This document shows, one piece after another, positions 9,781 through 20,798 of a DNA stretch of 64,000 nt. The first letter of the stretch is position 1, and the number at the start of each line of letters is the position of its first letter. Source of the stretch: an uncultured Microthrixaceae bacterium (GTDB lineage: Bacteria > Actinomycetota > Acidimicrobiia > Acidimicrobiales > VFJN01); the NCBI GenBank assembly GCA_963717755.1, contig CAVQWY010000003.1, forward strand, positions 96,169 to 160,168. The letters are read 5' to 3'. The notes beneath the pieces are model-generated. The model ran no database searches and was not told the origin of the DNA. It was given only the letters and a program-made list of their open reading frames with translations. A program made the position numbers and the translations under genes.

Positions 9781-10819
9781 TCAGGGGGCGGCGGTGCCGA
9801 CCTCGACTGGGTGCTCCCCGGGGGCGTTGCCGCCCAGCAGGGGGAAGTGGCACGCGACGTAGTGCTCCTCGCCGACCTCGCGCACCTGTGGCTCCTCGTT
9901 CGCGCAGCGCTCCTGGGCGAGCGGGCATCGGGTACGGAACCGGCAGCCGGCGGGCGGGTCGATCGGTGACGGGAGGTCACCCGTGAGCAGGCCGCTCTGC
10001 ACCGGCGGGACGGTGGGGTCCGGCACCGGGATCGAGCGGAGCAGCGCGGCCGTGTACGGGTGGGCAGGCGTGGCGTAGAGGTCGTCAGGCGAGCCCACCT
10101 CGCAGATCTTCCCGAGGTACATCACGGCGACGCGGTCGCTGATGTTCTTCACCACCGCGAGGTCGTGGGCGATGAAGATGAGGGTGAGTCCGTAGCGGGC
10201 CTTCATGTCCTCGAGCAGGTTCAGGATCTGCGCCTGCACGGACACGTCGAGGGCGGACACGGGCTCGTCGCAGATGATCACCTTCGGCTCGAGCACGAGC
10301 GACCGGGCGATGGAGATGCGCTGGCACTGGCCACCGGAGAACTGGTGGGGGCGCTTCTCGGCCGCCACGTCGGGGTCGAGGCCGACCGCGTCGAGCACCT
10401 CGGACACGCGGGCCTTCTGCTCGGCGTCCGTGCCGCGCTTCCAGATCCGCAGCGGCTCGGCGACGATGTCCTTCACCTTGCGGCGGGGGTTCAGCGACGA
10501 GATCGGGTCCTGGAAGATGAACTGCAGGCGGGTGCGGACGGCGCGCAACTCCTGACCGCTCAGCGACGCCAGGTCCGCTCCCTCGAACAGCACTCGGCCG
10601 CTGGTGGGCGGGGGGAGCTGCATGATCGCGCGGCCGGTGGTGGACTTGCCGCAGCCGGACTCGCCGACGAGGCCGAGGGTCTCGCCCTCGCGCACGTCGA
10701 GGCTGATGCCCGGACACCGCGTGCACGACACCACCGGAGGTCTTGAACTCCACCACCAGGTCCTCGATGCGCAGCAGCACATCGTCGTCGCGCAGGTGGG
10801 CGGTCCCGGTGCCGGCCAT
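9781..10819 (-). CDS. Dpp/Opp-type peptide ABC transporter, ATP-binding protein (F-type), one frame change
   Basis: ORF 9781..10782 plus the N-terminus [25 protein letters not shown] in the frame of ORF 10085..10819. Motifs: [17 protein letters not shown]. The frame change is near 10710 (extra G in a G run). Its ATG overlaps the upstream stop (TGATG). Confidence 0.75.
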
Positions 10820-11987
10820 CAGGCTGCACCTCCGGCGTCGGCGTCGACGAGCGCCGTGGTCTCGACCGCCGCCGCGGCAGCCGAGTCACCGGTGACGGCG
10901 GCCTCGGCGGCCGGCACGTGGTGGGCCAGGTTGCGCTCGAGCGCCTCGCGGCCGGCGTCGGTGCCGACGGGGAACCAGCACCGGAACACGTGGCCCGGCG
11001 TCTCTGCCTCCACCAGCGGCGGCTGCTCGGCGTGGCACTTCGGCTGCGCGTACGGGCAGCGCGGCGCGAACCGGCAGCCCGACGGCGGGTTGATGAGGTC
11101 GGGGGGGCGCCCGCCGATGATCTGCAGGCGCGTGTGGCTCGGGTCCTCCAGCTTCGGGATCGACTTGAGGAGCGCCTCGGTGTACGGCATGCGCACGTTG
11201 GCGAACAGCGTGCGGGTGGGGGCCTTCTCCACGATCTGGCCCGGCGTACATCACCGCGATCTCGTCGGTGCGCCCGGCGACCACGCCGAGGTCGTGGGTG
11301 ACCAGGACCATGGCCATGTGGCGGTCGCGCTGCTGCTGGTTGAGCAGGTTCAGGATCTGCGCCTGCACCGTGACGTCGAGCGCGGTGGTGGGCTCGTCGG
11401 CGAAGAGGAGCTTGGGGCCGCACGCCAGGGCGATGGCGATCGTGACGCGCTGGCGCATGCCGCCGGACAGCTCGTGCGGGTACTGCGCGATCCGCCGCTT
11501 CGGGTCGGGGATGCCGACGGAGTTGAGGAGCTGGAGCGCCTGCTCGTTGGCCTCGTCCTTCGGGATGTCGAGGTGGTAGCGCAGCCCCTCGGTGATCTGG
11601 CGCCCGATCTTCATCACCGGGTTCAGCGAGGTCATCGGGTCCTGGAACACCATCGCCATCTCCGTGCCCCACAGCGCCCGGAGGCTGTCGTTCTTGGCGC
11701 CGACGAGCTCTTGGCCGTTGTAGGTGGCCGAGCCGCTGCGGACGACGTTGCGCGACGTGAGCAGCCCCATGATCGAGCGGGCCAGCACCGTCTTGCCCGA
11801 GCCCGACTCGCCGACGATGCCCGAGCGTCTTGCCGCGCTCGAGGCTGAACGTGACGCCGTCGACGGCCTTGACGAGGCCGCCAGGCGTGTCGAAGTGGGT
11901 CTTGAAGTCGTCGACGACGAGCAGCGGCCCTTCCAGCGGGGTGGGAGCGGTGAGGACGCGGCGACCGCTCCTCGTGGTGTCGCTCAA
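10819..11987 (-). pseudogene. Dpp/Opp-type peptide ABC transporter, ATP-binding protein (D-type), two frame changes
   Basis: Pieces lie in ORFs 10819..11232 and 10886..11788, with the N-terminus in the frame of ORF 10560..12317. Motifs: GESGSGKT (reconstructed), LSGGMRQR. The TTG start at 11987 overlaps the upstream TGA. Frame changes are near 11241 and 11821, both in C/G runs. Confidence 0.7.
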
Positions 11988-12907
11988 AGTGCTGCGTCCT
12001 TCACGTCGAAGGCGGCGCGGAACCGGTCGCCGAGGAAGTTCACCGCGAGGACGGTGAGGAACATCATCGCCGGCGGGGATCATCGACGTGTGGGCGATGT
12101 CCTCCTGCTGGAGCGCCCGCCGACCGCCGTTGATCATGCCGCCCCAGCTGATCGTCTCCTGCGACGTGAGGCCGAGGAAGGCGAGGCTGCCCTCCGCCAC
12201 GATCGCGATGGCGACGACGAGGAGCCCGAAGGCGAGCAGGGGAAGGATGACGTTGGGGAGGATCTCCCGAATGAGGATCCGCCACCGACTCGCGCCGGCC
12301 GCCTCGGCGGCCAGCACGAACTCACGTCTGCGAGTAGGTCAGCGTGGTGGCGCGCGCGATCCGCGCGAAGGCGGGGATGGACACCAGCGAGATCCCGAGC
12401 ACCACGTTCTTCAGGTCGGCGCCGAGGAAGGCGACGATGGCGATCAGGAGGATGAGCGCAGGGAAGGCGAGGAAGATGTCGACGACGGCCATGAGCAGCG
12501 CCTCGACGCGGCCCCGCAGGAAGCCCGGCCAGCAGCCCGATCGAGCCGCCCGACGACCATCCCGATGGCGAGCACGCCGAAGGCGACGACGAGGGACACG
12601 CGACCACCCCAGATGAGCCGCGAGAAGATGTCGTAGCCGTTCTGCTCGGTGCCGAGGAGGTGGCCACCCGTGCCCGGAGTGGCGTTGGCTGGCACCGATG
12701 TAGTCGGCGATGTCGGGTTCGTCGATCGGCAGCCACGGAGCCAGCAGCGCGCTGCCGGTGACCAGAACCAGCCACACCACGCTGATCCAGCCGGCCAGGC
12801 CCAGCACGCCGCCGCGCTTGCGCTTCCGGCCCCCGGTCCCGCTCGGACTGGAGCGCCGCGGGCGTGGCGATGTCTGCCGAGCCGACGGTGGCGATGACGT
12901 CGCTCAT
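11984..12907 (-). pseudogene. Dpp/Opp-type ABC permease (C-type), about 6 frame changes
   Basis: Recognisable permease segments are scattered over three frames: MSDVIATVGS.., GVLGLAGWISVVWLV.., GHLLGTEQNGYDIFSRLIWG.., FLRGRVEALLMAVVDIFLAFP.., REFVLAAEAAGASRWRILIREILPN.., FLGDRFRAAFDVKDAAL. Frame changes are near 12825, 12685, 12545, 12525, 12327 and 12068. Confidence 0.65.
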
Positions 12908-13882
12908 CAGGCACCTGCCCTTCGCACGCGGGGATCGAGGACGGAGTACAGGAGGTCGGTGATGAAGTTCACCAGCACGAAGGCCGTCGGCGATCATCAG
13001 CACCACGCCCTGCACCACGAGGTACTCGCGCTGGAGGATCGACTCGCACGGCGAGCTCGCCCGACCCCGGGGATCCCGAAGAACGTCTCGACGATCACGG
13101 ACCCACCGATGAGCGCGCCGAAGTTGATGCCGAACACGGTGAGCAGCGAGAACGACGACGGGCGCAGCGCATGGCGCAACAGGATGTGCCACGTCGGGAG
13201 GCCCTTGGAGCGCGCCATCAGCACGAAGTCCTCCTGGAGGGTGGCGATCAGGTCGCTGCGGAGCAGGCGCGTGTAGACGGCGGTGAGGCCGGCGGCGAGC
13301 ACCGCCACCGGCAGGGCCACGGATTTGAGGTTCTCGCTGATGCCCCCCGGTCCGGTGATGCGGTCGTACCCGACGGCCGGGAACCATCCCGAGCTGGATC
13401 GAGAACAGGTAGACGAGGAACACCGCCAAGGCGAAGCTCGGGAGGGAGATCAGCCCGAAGGCGCCCGCGGTGATGGCCTTGTCGGCGCGCGAGTTGGCTC
13501 GGTAGGCGCTGAAGAGCGCCAGCGGGATGGAGATGAGCAGGGAGATCAGCCTGCGCCATGATCATGAGCTGCAGAGAGGCAGGCAGCCGCTGGGCCAGCG
13601 ACGTCTTGGTGGGGATGTCGTGCGAGTACGACTTGCCGAGGTCGAACTCGGTGACGACGCCGCCGATGTAGCTCCCGTACTGCTCGCAGAACGGGCTTGT
13701 CGAGGCCGAGGTCCTTCTCCAGCGCGGCCTCGCGACTCGGGGTTGGAGGCCTCCGAGCCGAGGATCGTGTTGACGGGGCTGCCCGGGAGCAGCTTCGTGA
13801 GCATGAAGGTGAGGAAGCTCACGATCAGCACCACGACCAGCAGCTTCATGAGCCGCTGGAGCACAACGCGTGCGATGGTCAT
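12907..13882 (-). pseudogene. Dpp/Opp-type ABC permease (B-type), about 6 frame changes
   Basis: Segments: MTIARVVLQRLMKLLVVVLIVSFLTFML.., CEQYGSYIGGVVTEFDLGKSYS.., LISLLISIPLALFSAYRANS.., WFPAVGYDRITGPGG.., LMARSKGLPTWHILLRHALRPS.., AFVLVNFITDLLYSVLDPRVR. These were joined across frames near 13735, 13700, 13545, 13385, 13060 and 12975. Confidence 0.65.
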
Positions 13883-13932
13883 GTCAGTTGGATCCTCGGC
13901 CCGGAGGCGTCAGGTTCTGACGGCCGGAGCCG

Positions 13933-15573
13933 TCAGCCCACGGCGTAGAGCAGCCCGGGCTTGATGGCACCCAGCGAGTTCGGCTCGCCTTCCGGCGGCG
14001 GGCCGACGCGGGTCGTCGTCGTAGACGTTGCCGAACAGGTCGTAGAGCGTGGTGATCAGCGGCACCTCCTCGGCCGGTGATCTCCTGGACCTCGAAGTAC
14101 TTCTCCTTGCGGTCGTCGAAGTCGTCCGTCTGGCGGGCCTCGTCGAGCAGCTTGTCCACGTCGGGGTTGCTGTAGAAGACGAGGTTGCCGGCGTCGTCGG
14201 TGGTGAGACCGGGCCGGATCGCATCGGGCTCGATGAAGTGGCTGCTGCGGAAGCAGCCGGCCTCGTAGTCGCCGCCCTTGGAGAAGATGCGGTTCACGTA
14301 GGCGCCCTGCTCCTGGCTCTCCAGCTCGATGTTCATGCCCGACCTCTTCGCCCATCCTGCTTGATGATGTTCAGGATCAGGTCGGCCTCAGGGGTCGGGA
14401 TGCACACGAGGGTGAAGTCCAGGCCACCGAGCTCATCGACGAGCTCCCGCGCCTTGTCGGGGTCGTACTTCGGCGTCTGGGCGTCAGGGTTGTAGTACGC
14501 CGAGTCGAGCGCGAAGCCGGAGTAGCTCGGCACGCGCACGCCGTCGTAGGCCCGCTCGTTGATGAGGTCCTTGTCGATCGCGTACGCCAGCGCCTGGCGG
14601 GCGCGGACGTCGTCGAACGGCGGCTTGGACGTTGTTGAACAGGATGATCGTGGAGCTCGAGCCGCTGATCTTCTGGGCGGCGAAGCCGGCGTCCTCGGCC
14701 TGCTTCACGGTCTTCGGAGTCGGCGGTCTGGAAGATGTCGATGTCACCGGTCTCGAGGGCGGCGACGCGCTGGCCGCTGTCCGGCGATCGGCACGATGGT
14801 CAGCTTGTCGAGGTACGGCAGCTGCGTGCCGTCCTCGTCGATGCCCCAGTAGTCGGGGTTGGCCGTGAGGACGGTGCGCTCACCGGCGACGAACTCGTCG
14901 AGGACGAACGGGCCGGTGCCGACGCCGTCGGTCTTCAGGTTGATGCCACCGGCGACCGCGGTGGGCGACTCGATGTAGCCGCTGGAGCCGGCGAGCGTGT
15001 CGGGGAAGGCCACGCTCGGGGTGCCGAGGTGGAAGACGACCGTGAGGCCCTCGGGGCCGTCAGGCATGTCCATCGACTCGATGATGGCGATGGTCGTCTG
15101 GCACGGGCACGCCGTGGCCGGGTCCTTGCAGGCGGTCGAAGTGCTTCACCACGGCGTCGGCGTTGAGCGGGGTGTCGTCGTGGAACGTGACGCCCTCGCG
15201 GAGCGTGATCGTGTACTCGGTGAGGTCGTCGTTGCCTTCGATGCGACTCGGCGAGGAAGGGCTCGATCTTGCCGTCCACGTAGGTGGTGAGCGGGTCGTA
15301 GATGCCGAGGGTGATCACCTTGTCGGACGGCTGCGCGGCCTCGCCGGGGGCGAGCGTGGCCACGTCGGACTCGGTGCCGAAGATGAGCTCGCCGCCCTTG
15401 ACGGGGTTGCGCTCCGGACCTTCGCCGGTGGTCGTGGTCTCGCCGTTGTCAGTGCCGCCGTCGTCGCCGGCGTTCGGCTCGTCGTCACCGCCGCACGCGG
15501 CGGCGACCAGGACCAGACCCAGGAACACCGCGATGATCCGATACCACGGTACGTGGCCGTGCTTGTCCTTCAA
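13933..15573 (-). pseudogene. Family-5 peptide/nickel substrate-binding lipoprotein (DppA/OppA-like), about 8-9 frame changes
   Basis: Signal peptide plus lipobox ..IIAVFLGLVLVAAAC. The TTG at 15573 is preceded by GGGGGA, and an alternative TTG is at 15609. SBP segments lie in ORFs 14935..15609, 14744..15073, 14484..14747, 14333..14539, 13884..14336 and 13910..14224. Stop codon at 13933-13935. Confidence 0.65.
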
Positions 15574-15656
15574 GATGTCCCCCTGGCGGCGTAGGAGCTG
15601 GGGCGGCAACCTGAGCGGTCGCCCTGCCGGTGACGCCGGTCACACCGGTCATCGGG

Positions 15657-15685
15657 ACCGTAGGAGCGTGTTGTCACCCTGTCAA
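15657..15685 (-). promoter_or_regulatory. Candidate sigma-70-type promoter of the peptide ABC operon
   Basis: On the minus strand: TTGACA (15685-15680), a 17-nt spacer, then TACGGT (15662-15657). It lies about 45-85 nt upstream of the candidate starts. Confidence 0.35.
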
Positions 15686-15702
15686 CAACTCCGGCGACGA
15701 TT

Positions 15703-15720
15703 CCTGACCCGCCGGTCAGG
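15703..15720. terminator. Hairpin downstream of the lytic transglycosylase gene
   Basis: cctgacc-cgcc-ggtcagg forms a 7-bp perfect stem. Confidence 0.35.
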
Positions 15721-15770
15721 CCGATCCCGGAGGAATGCCGCGAACCGCTCGACCCGGGAAGGCGAACGGT

Positions 15771-17088
15771 TCAATCCTGCGGTTCGGGCACCTGGAGGGA
15801 GTGCTCGTAGAGCCGCGCGTAGCCCAGCACCGAGTCCACGTAGGGCACGGAGTGGTTGTAGGAGAAGTAGGCGGCCCGCAGCCCGGGGTCCGCATCGAGG
15901 CCGCTGCTCGACGTGCAGAGGTACTTGGCCGCCGCCAGGGTGGCGTCGTACATGTTGAACGGCGAGCTGTCGCCGTCCTCGTTGCCGTCGGCCTGGTAGC
16001 GCCGCCAGGTCTGCGGGATGAACTGCATCGGCCCGACGGCCCGGTCGAAGGCGGCGTCGCCGTCGAGGGCACCGCCGTCGGAGTCGCCGACCACCTGGGT
16101 CTCGTTGGTGCCGTTCAGCTGGATGCCGATGATGCGACGGCTGGTGTCGCCGTTGGGCTCGAGGGTGGTCCCGCCGTAGGTGCCGTGACGTCCCTCGACG
16201 CGGGAGATGCCCGCCAGGCCCCACCAGCGCACCCGGCAGCCAGGGCGGTCGCCCGGAGACCGCCTCGGCGGCCCGGTAGTAGGCGTCGAGGGCCACCAGC
16301 GGGAACTCCACGCCGTCGACCCGGGCGAGCACCCGCGCCTCCTCGTAGGCCACCCGCTCGGTGGCGACGTCGCCGGCCTTCGCCACCTCGCCCTCGACGG
16401 CCGCGGGGCGGGCGGCACCGAGCTCGCTCATCGCGTCACGGGCCGCCTGGAGGTCCTCGACGGCGGCCTCGGCCCGGTCGTCGGCGGCGCCGATCCGCTC
16501 TCGGTAGGCAGCTCGCTCGGTGAGGAGCACGTCCATGGACATGGCCGAGAGCACCTGCGCGGCGGTCGCCCTCGTTGATGGCAGGGGTCTCGGAGGCGAT
16601 GGCGGTGTTGACCCGGTCGTCGTCGTCTCCGGTGACGAAGGCCTCGACCGCCAGCTCCTGGATGGCCGCCTCGACGTCGCGGAGGCGCGCGGTGAGCCCG
16701 TGCGACGCGCGCCTCGGCCGACACGCGGGTGGCCTCGAGGGCGGCGACGCGAGCGTGCAGCACGGTGAGGGTGTGGTCGAGGTCGGCGCGCTGGGCCTGC
16801 GCGGTGCCATGGGTCGTGAACACCTCGGCGTACTGCTCCGCGGCGCGCTCGAAGGCGGGGCTGTCGACGGGCACCTGGGCCAGCTCGATGGACGTGCTGG
16901 GCAGACCCGGGAGGTCGGGCGACGGCGGCGCCAGGACGGCGGGCAGCGCGGCGGCCTCCGGCGCGGTGGACGGGTTCTCGGCCTGCGCCGGCGCGACGGT
17001 GGCGACCAAGCCGCCGGCCAAGGTGAGAGCGACGAGGCCGCATCCGGCGCGGGCGCGTCGAGGACGAGGTGGTGGGTCGGGGTCGCAT
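15771..17088 (-). pseudogene. Secreted lytic transglycosylase (MltB/SLT_2-like) with coiled-coil N-region, about 4 frame changes
   Basis: The C-terminal domain in ORF 15771..16418 carries AVGPMQFIPQTWRRY and LAAAKYLC. The N-terminal signal MRPRPTTSSSTRPR/GCGLVALTLAGGLVATVAPAQA and the coiled-coil pieces are in other frames. Frame changes are near 17055, 16720, 16560 and 16250. Confidence 0.6.
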
Positions 17089-17193
17089 CAGCAGGAGGTG
17101 GTCGTGCGCCGGCCGAGCGGGGCGGCCAGGCAATGCGAGGGTGCAGTGTGCCCCGAACGGGCGCGCGAGGGAAGCCGCTGGCATGCTGGCGCC

Positions 17194-18013
17194 ATGTCCG
17201 ACCGGGTATCCATCTCCATGGACAACGGCATCGCCGACGTCCGACTGAACCGTCCCGACAAGCTGAACGCCCTGGACCAGGCCATGTTCCAGGGCATCGT
17301 GGACGCCGGCGAGGGCCTCAAGGGCGACCCCGACGTGCGGGTGGTGGTGCTCTCCGGGGAGGGCCGGGGGTTCTGCGCCGGCCTCGACTTCGGCAGCTTC
17401 CAGGCCATGGCCGACGGTCCTGCCGCCGAGGAGCCGGCCAAGGCGGACCGATCGCTCGGCGCCGATCGGCGACACCGGCGGCCGCATCACGCACCTCGGG
17501 CAGCAGGCGGCATGGGTCTGGCAGGAGCTCGAGGTGCCCGTGATCGCGGCGCTCCACGGCGCCGCCCTCGGCGGCGGCCTGCAGATCGCGCTGGGCGCCG
17601 ACATCCGGATCGTGGCCCCCGACGCCAAGCTCTCGGTGCTGGAAGCGCGGTGGGGTCTGATCCCGGACATGACGGGCACGGTGATCCTGCCGAAGCTCGT
17701 CGGCCTCGACGTCGCCAAGGACCTCACGTTCACCGGTCGCATGGTGTCGGGCGAGGAGGCGGTGGCGTTGGGCCTCGCCACCCGGCTCGCCGACGACCCG
17801 CACGCCGCCGCCCTCGAGCTGGCCGCCGACCTCGCCACGAAGAGCCCGGACGCGCTGCGCGAGGGCAAGCGCCTGCTCAACCTCTCCGGCACCCGTCCCC
17901 TCGCCGAGCAGCTGCTCGACGAGCGGGTGACCATGGGATCCCTCATCGGGAGCCCGAACCAGATCGAGGCCACCATGGCCTACTTCGAGAAGCGGTCGCC
18001 GAACTTCACCTGA
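17194..18013 (+). CDS. Enoyl-CoA hydratase/isomerase (crotonase), one frame change
   Basis: MSDRVSISMDNGIADVRLNRPDKLNAL..GEGRGFCAGLD is in the frame of ORF 16729..18195. It continues in ORF 17534..18013 (VIAALHGAALGGGLQIALGADIRI). The frame change is near 17460. Confidence 0.7.
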
Positions 18014-18195
18014 TGCCTCCGAAGTCCCCGCCGCGCGAGTGGCTTCTCATCGGCCTGGCGTGCGGGCTCGTCGCCGCGCTCGCCGTGAAGTCGGCCCTGT
18101 TCGTGCTGCTCGGGTCGGTGAAGGTGCTCGTGGTGGTCGGTGCGGTGGCGGTCGCCTGGCTCGTGCTCCGCGGCCCCCGCGACGGGACCCGCTGA
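18013..18195 (+). CDS. Small (60 aa) two-TM membrane protein, hypothetical
   Basis: Its ATG overlaps the crotonase TGA (TGATG). The tail of ORF 16729..18195 is hydrophobic. Confidence 0.35.
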   Translation: MPPKSPPREWLLIGLACGLVAALAVKSALFVLLGSVKVLVVVGAVAVAWLVLRGPRDGTR

Positions 18196-18203
18196 CCCCA
18201 CAG

Positions 18204-18252
18204 GTTCTGGCCCGGGAACCCCGCGCGCGGCACCAGGAGTCCGGGCCAGAAC
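18204..18252. repeat. Long-loop inverted repeat at a convergent junction
   Basis: gttctggcccgg..25 nt..ccgggccagaac, with 12-nt perfect arms. The arms extend to 18 nt with 2 mismatches. Confidence 0.5.
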
Positions 18253-18259
18253 TGGTGGG

Positions 18260-19853
18260 TCAGACGCCGATGGCGGCGCCAGATCCGGCGCGGGCGTCGG
18301 AGGCGCCGGCATAGGTGCCGTCCGGCGTGACCGTGATGACGTGGGCGTGGCCGACGTTGCCGCCGGCGGGCAGGTGGTGCACGGAGTGGCCGCGCGCCTC
18401 GAGACCGGGCGCCCAGTCCGGGGGCGCGCCGGCTTCGAGACCGACGCGGTCGGGGCCGCCACCGGCCCACGTGTCGAACCCCGTGCCGTGCGTGCGCCAG
18501 GAACCAGCCGCGGCGCGCTGATGGCGCGGCCCGGCGGCTGCTGGTGGTGCAGCAGGCGGGCGAGGAGCTGCAGCAGCACCTGCGGCTGGCTGTCGCCGCC
18601 CATCGTCCCGAGGACGGCGGCGAGGGCGCCGTCCGGGTGGGTGACGAGGAGCGGTGACAGCGTGTGGGGTGGGCGTCGCCGGGGGCCAGCTCCGCCGGGT
18701 GGCCGGGCTCGAGCGAGAACCCGATGCCGCGGTTGTGGAGGAAGATCCCCGTGCCGGGGATCACGACGTGGCACCCCCAACCCGACGCGTTCGACTGGAT
18801 GAGGGACACGCCGACGCCGTCGGCGTCCGCGGTGCAGAGGTGGATCGTCCCACCGGGCGCGGCTGGTCCGGGGGGAGCGGTCCGGCGGTCGGGATCGATG
18901 GCCTCGCGGCGGGGGAGCAGCCGGCCAGGGTCGAGCAGGGCGGCGCCATCGGCCGCGTCGTGGAGGACGGCCGGCCGGTCGTGACCGGCCCAGCGCGCCG
19001 CCTCGACGAGGAGGTGAGCCCAGGCGCTGTCGTCGGGGTCGTCGGGGAGGGGCAGCCCTTCGGCGATCCACGCCGCGGCCGGCGCGAGGTAGCCCTGCGA
19101 CGGCGGGGGCACGGTCCAGATGCGGTGCCCCCACACGTCGAGGGAGATCGGGTCGACCCAGTCGGCCTGCGACCGGGCCAGGTCGTCAGCGAGGTACAGG
19201 CCGCCGCCGACCGCGAGGAGGGCGGCCCCGACGTCGCCCTCGTAGAACGCGCGCCGCCCGCCCTCGGCGATGGCGGCCAGGGCCGCGGCCACGCCGGGGC
19301 GTCGCACCAGCTGGCCGGCGGCGAGACCACCGGGCCGCCGGTAGTCGTCGGCGCCCGGGACGTCGGCGATCAGCGTGCTCGCCAGCGCCATCAGCGGCGC
19401 GGCCGCGAACCCGTCGGCCGCGCACCGGCGCGCCGGCTCGAGCACGTCGTCGCAGCGGGAGCCGACCGTGGCGCTCGTGCAGCGCGCACCAGCCGTCGAC
19501 GCAGCCGGGCACCGGAGCACTCCGGCAGGTCGTCGCGGAACGGCATCGTGGTGTGGCCCTCGTCGCGGAGCCGGGCCGGGTCGCTGCCGCTCGCCGGCGA
19601 GCCCGGCCGCGCACAGCGCGTCGGGTGCCTCGCCGGGCCGGTGGACGAGCGCGAAGAGGTCGCCGCCCATGCCGCACATGTGCTGCGTGGTGACGGCGAG
19701 CACCGCGCTGGTGGCGATGGCGGCGTCGGCGGCCGAGCCACCGGCGCGAAGGATCGCGGCGCCGGCGCTCGACGCCACGTGGTCGACGGAGCAGACCATG
19801 CCCCCGGCGGCGTGGAGCGTGGGGCAGCGCGGCGGCCAGGGCACCGACCGCAA
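18260..19853 (-). pseudogene. ggt: Gamma-glutamyltransferase family protein, about 5 frame changes
   Basis: ORF 18006..19853 carries AGGMVCSVDHVASSAGAAILRAGGSAADAAIA, GMGGDLF and GGTIHLCTADADG. Other segments lie in ORFs 19391..19741, 19186..19677 and 17980..19134. The C-terminus ..GASDARAGSGAAIGV ends at 18260. An alternative ATG start is at 19799. Confidence 0.7.
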
Positions 19854-19867
19854 CCTACGCGGATGCG

Positions 19868-20729
19868 TCAGTCGTCGATCAGGGTGGATCGCGGCCTGCC
19901 AGGCCGCCTCGACCCGGTCGAGGCGCTTCGGTGGCGGGGCGGCGGATGCGGGCGGCGACGCCCGGTGACCAGCGCGTTGGCGAGGGCCAGCGTGCCGACG
20001 TGGCTGTCGAAGGGGCCGGCGCCCTCGGCGGCGACGACGAAGGTGACCTCCGCGTGGCGGGCGAGCGGCGAGAGCCGGCGAGTCGGTGAGGCGCGATCAC
20101 GACCCCGCCGGCCGCGGTCGGTGGCCGCGGCGGCGTCGAGCCACCCAGCGCTCGTAGCGGCGCAGGTCGATGGCCAGCGAGCACGTCGCCCGGCCGCGGT
20201 GTGGGCCAGCCGGCTGGTGACCGTGACCGGGGAGCCGGTGACCCGGTCGCACGTCCGGGCGCAGCAGGTCGAGGTCGTCGGCCAGGAGCGCGCCGATGCC
20301 GTCCTGCGCGGAGCCGGCCAGCACGCGGACGCGGCGCGCTCGCGTCGGCGAGGAGGTCGACGGCTCGCTCGAAGTCGGCCCGGTCGACGGCGTCGAGGGT
20401 GCGGTGGACGTTGTCGGCCTCGCGGGCGGCGGTGGCGGCCGAGGACGTCGCCGACGCCGGTCTCGCGGATGCGCTGCGGTGGCCGGGCGGAGGTGCTGGT
20501 CGATGCTCGGCCCGGACCTCGGCCTGGAGACCCGACCCACCCCTCGTAGCCGAGCCGGTCGGCCAGCCGCACGACGGTGGCGCCGCTCGTGCGGGCCCGC
20601 CGGCCGAGCTCGGCCACCGTGGCGAAGGCCGCCACCGCCGGGTCGGCCAGCACGACCTCCGCCACGCGCCGCTCGGCGGGAGGCAGGGCGGCGGCGTGGG
20701 CGTCGATGCGGGTGCGCCAGGTCGGGCAT
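19868..20729 (-). pseudogene. RpiR/MurR family regulator (HTH + SIS), 10 or more frame changes
   Basis: HTH block RRVAEVVLADPAVAAFATVAELGRRARTSGATVVRLADRLGYEGW. SIS segments (RVRVLAGSAQDGIGALLADDL, DVLLAIDLRRYERWV, FVVAAEGAGPFDSHVGTLALANALV) alternate among all three frames. Confidence 0.6.
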
Positions 20730-20759
20730 GCAACAGATGGTACGGTCTGGCACCGAGTT

Positions 20760-20775
20760 TGCAACAGGCATTGCA
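20760..20775. promoter_or_regulatory. Candidate operator palindrome in the rpiR / aldh divergent region
   Basis: The palindrome is tgcaa-caggca-ttgca. The 8-mer tgcaacag also occurs at 20729-20736, 31 nt away. Confidence 0.2.
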
Positions 20776-20798
20776 CGTCCGCAAGGGAGGCCCCGCCG

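Noticed and set aside
17093-17106. AGGAGG followed 5 nt later by an in-frame GTG (17104), as an alternative earlier start of the crotonase.
   Set aside because: The extra 30 aa (VRRPSGAARQCEGAVCPERAREGSRWHAGA) do not resemble crotonase N-termini, and the family normally begins right at the ..VRLNRP strand. It is kept only as an alternative.
17089-17193. A cyclic-di-AMP (ydaO-type) riboswitch upstream of the cell-wall hydrolase gene, as seen for rpf-type genes in other actinobacteria.
   Set aside because: The whole divergent gap is about 105 nt, shorter than that riboswitch class, and I could not see its conserved pseudo-symmetric helices.
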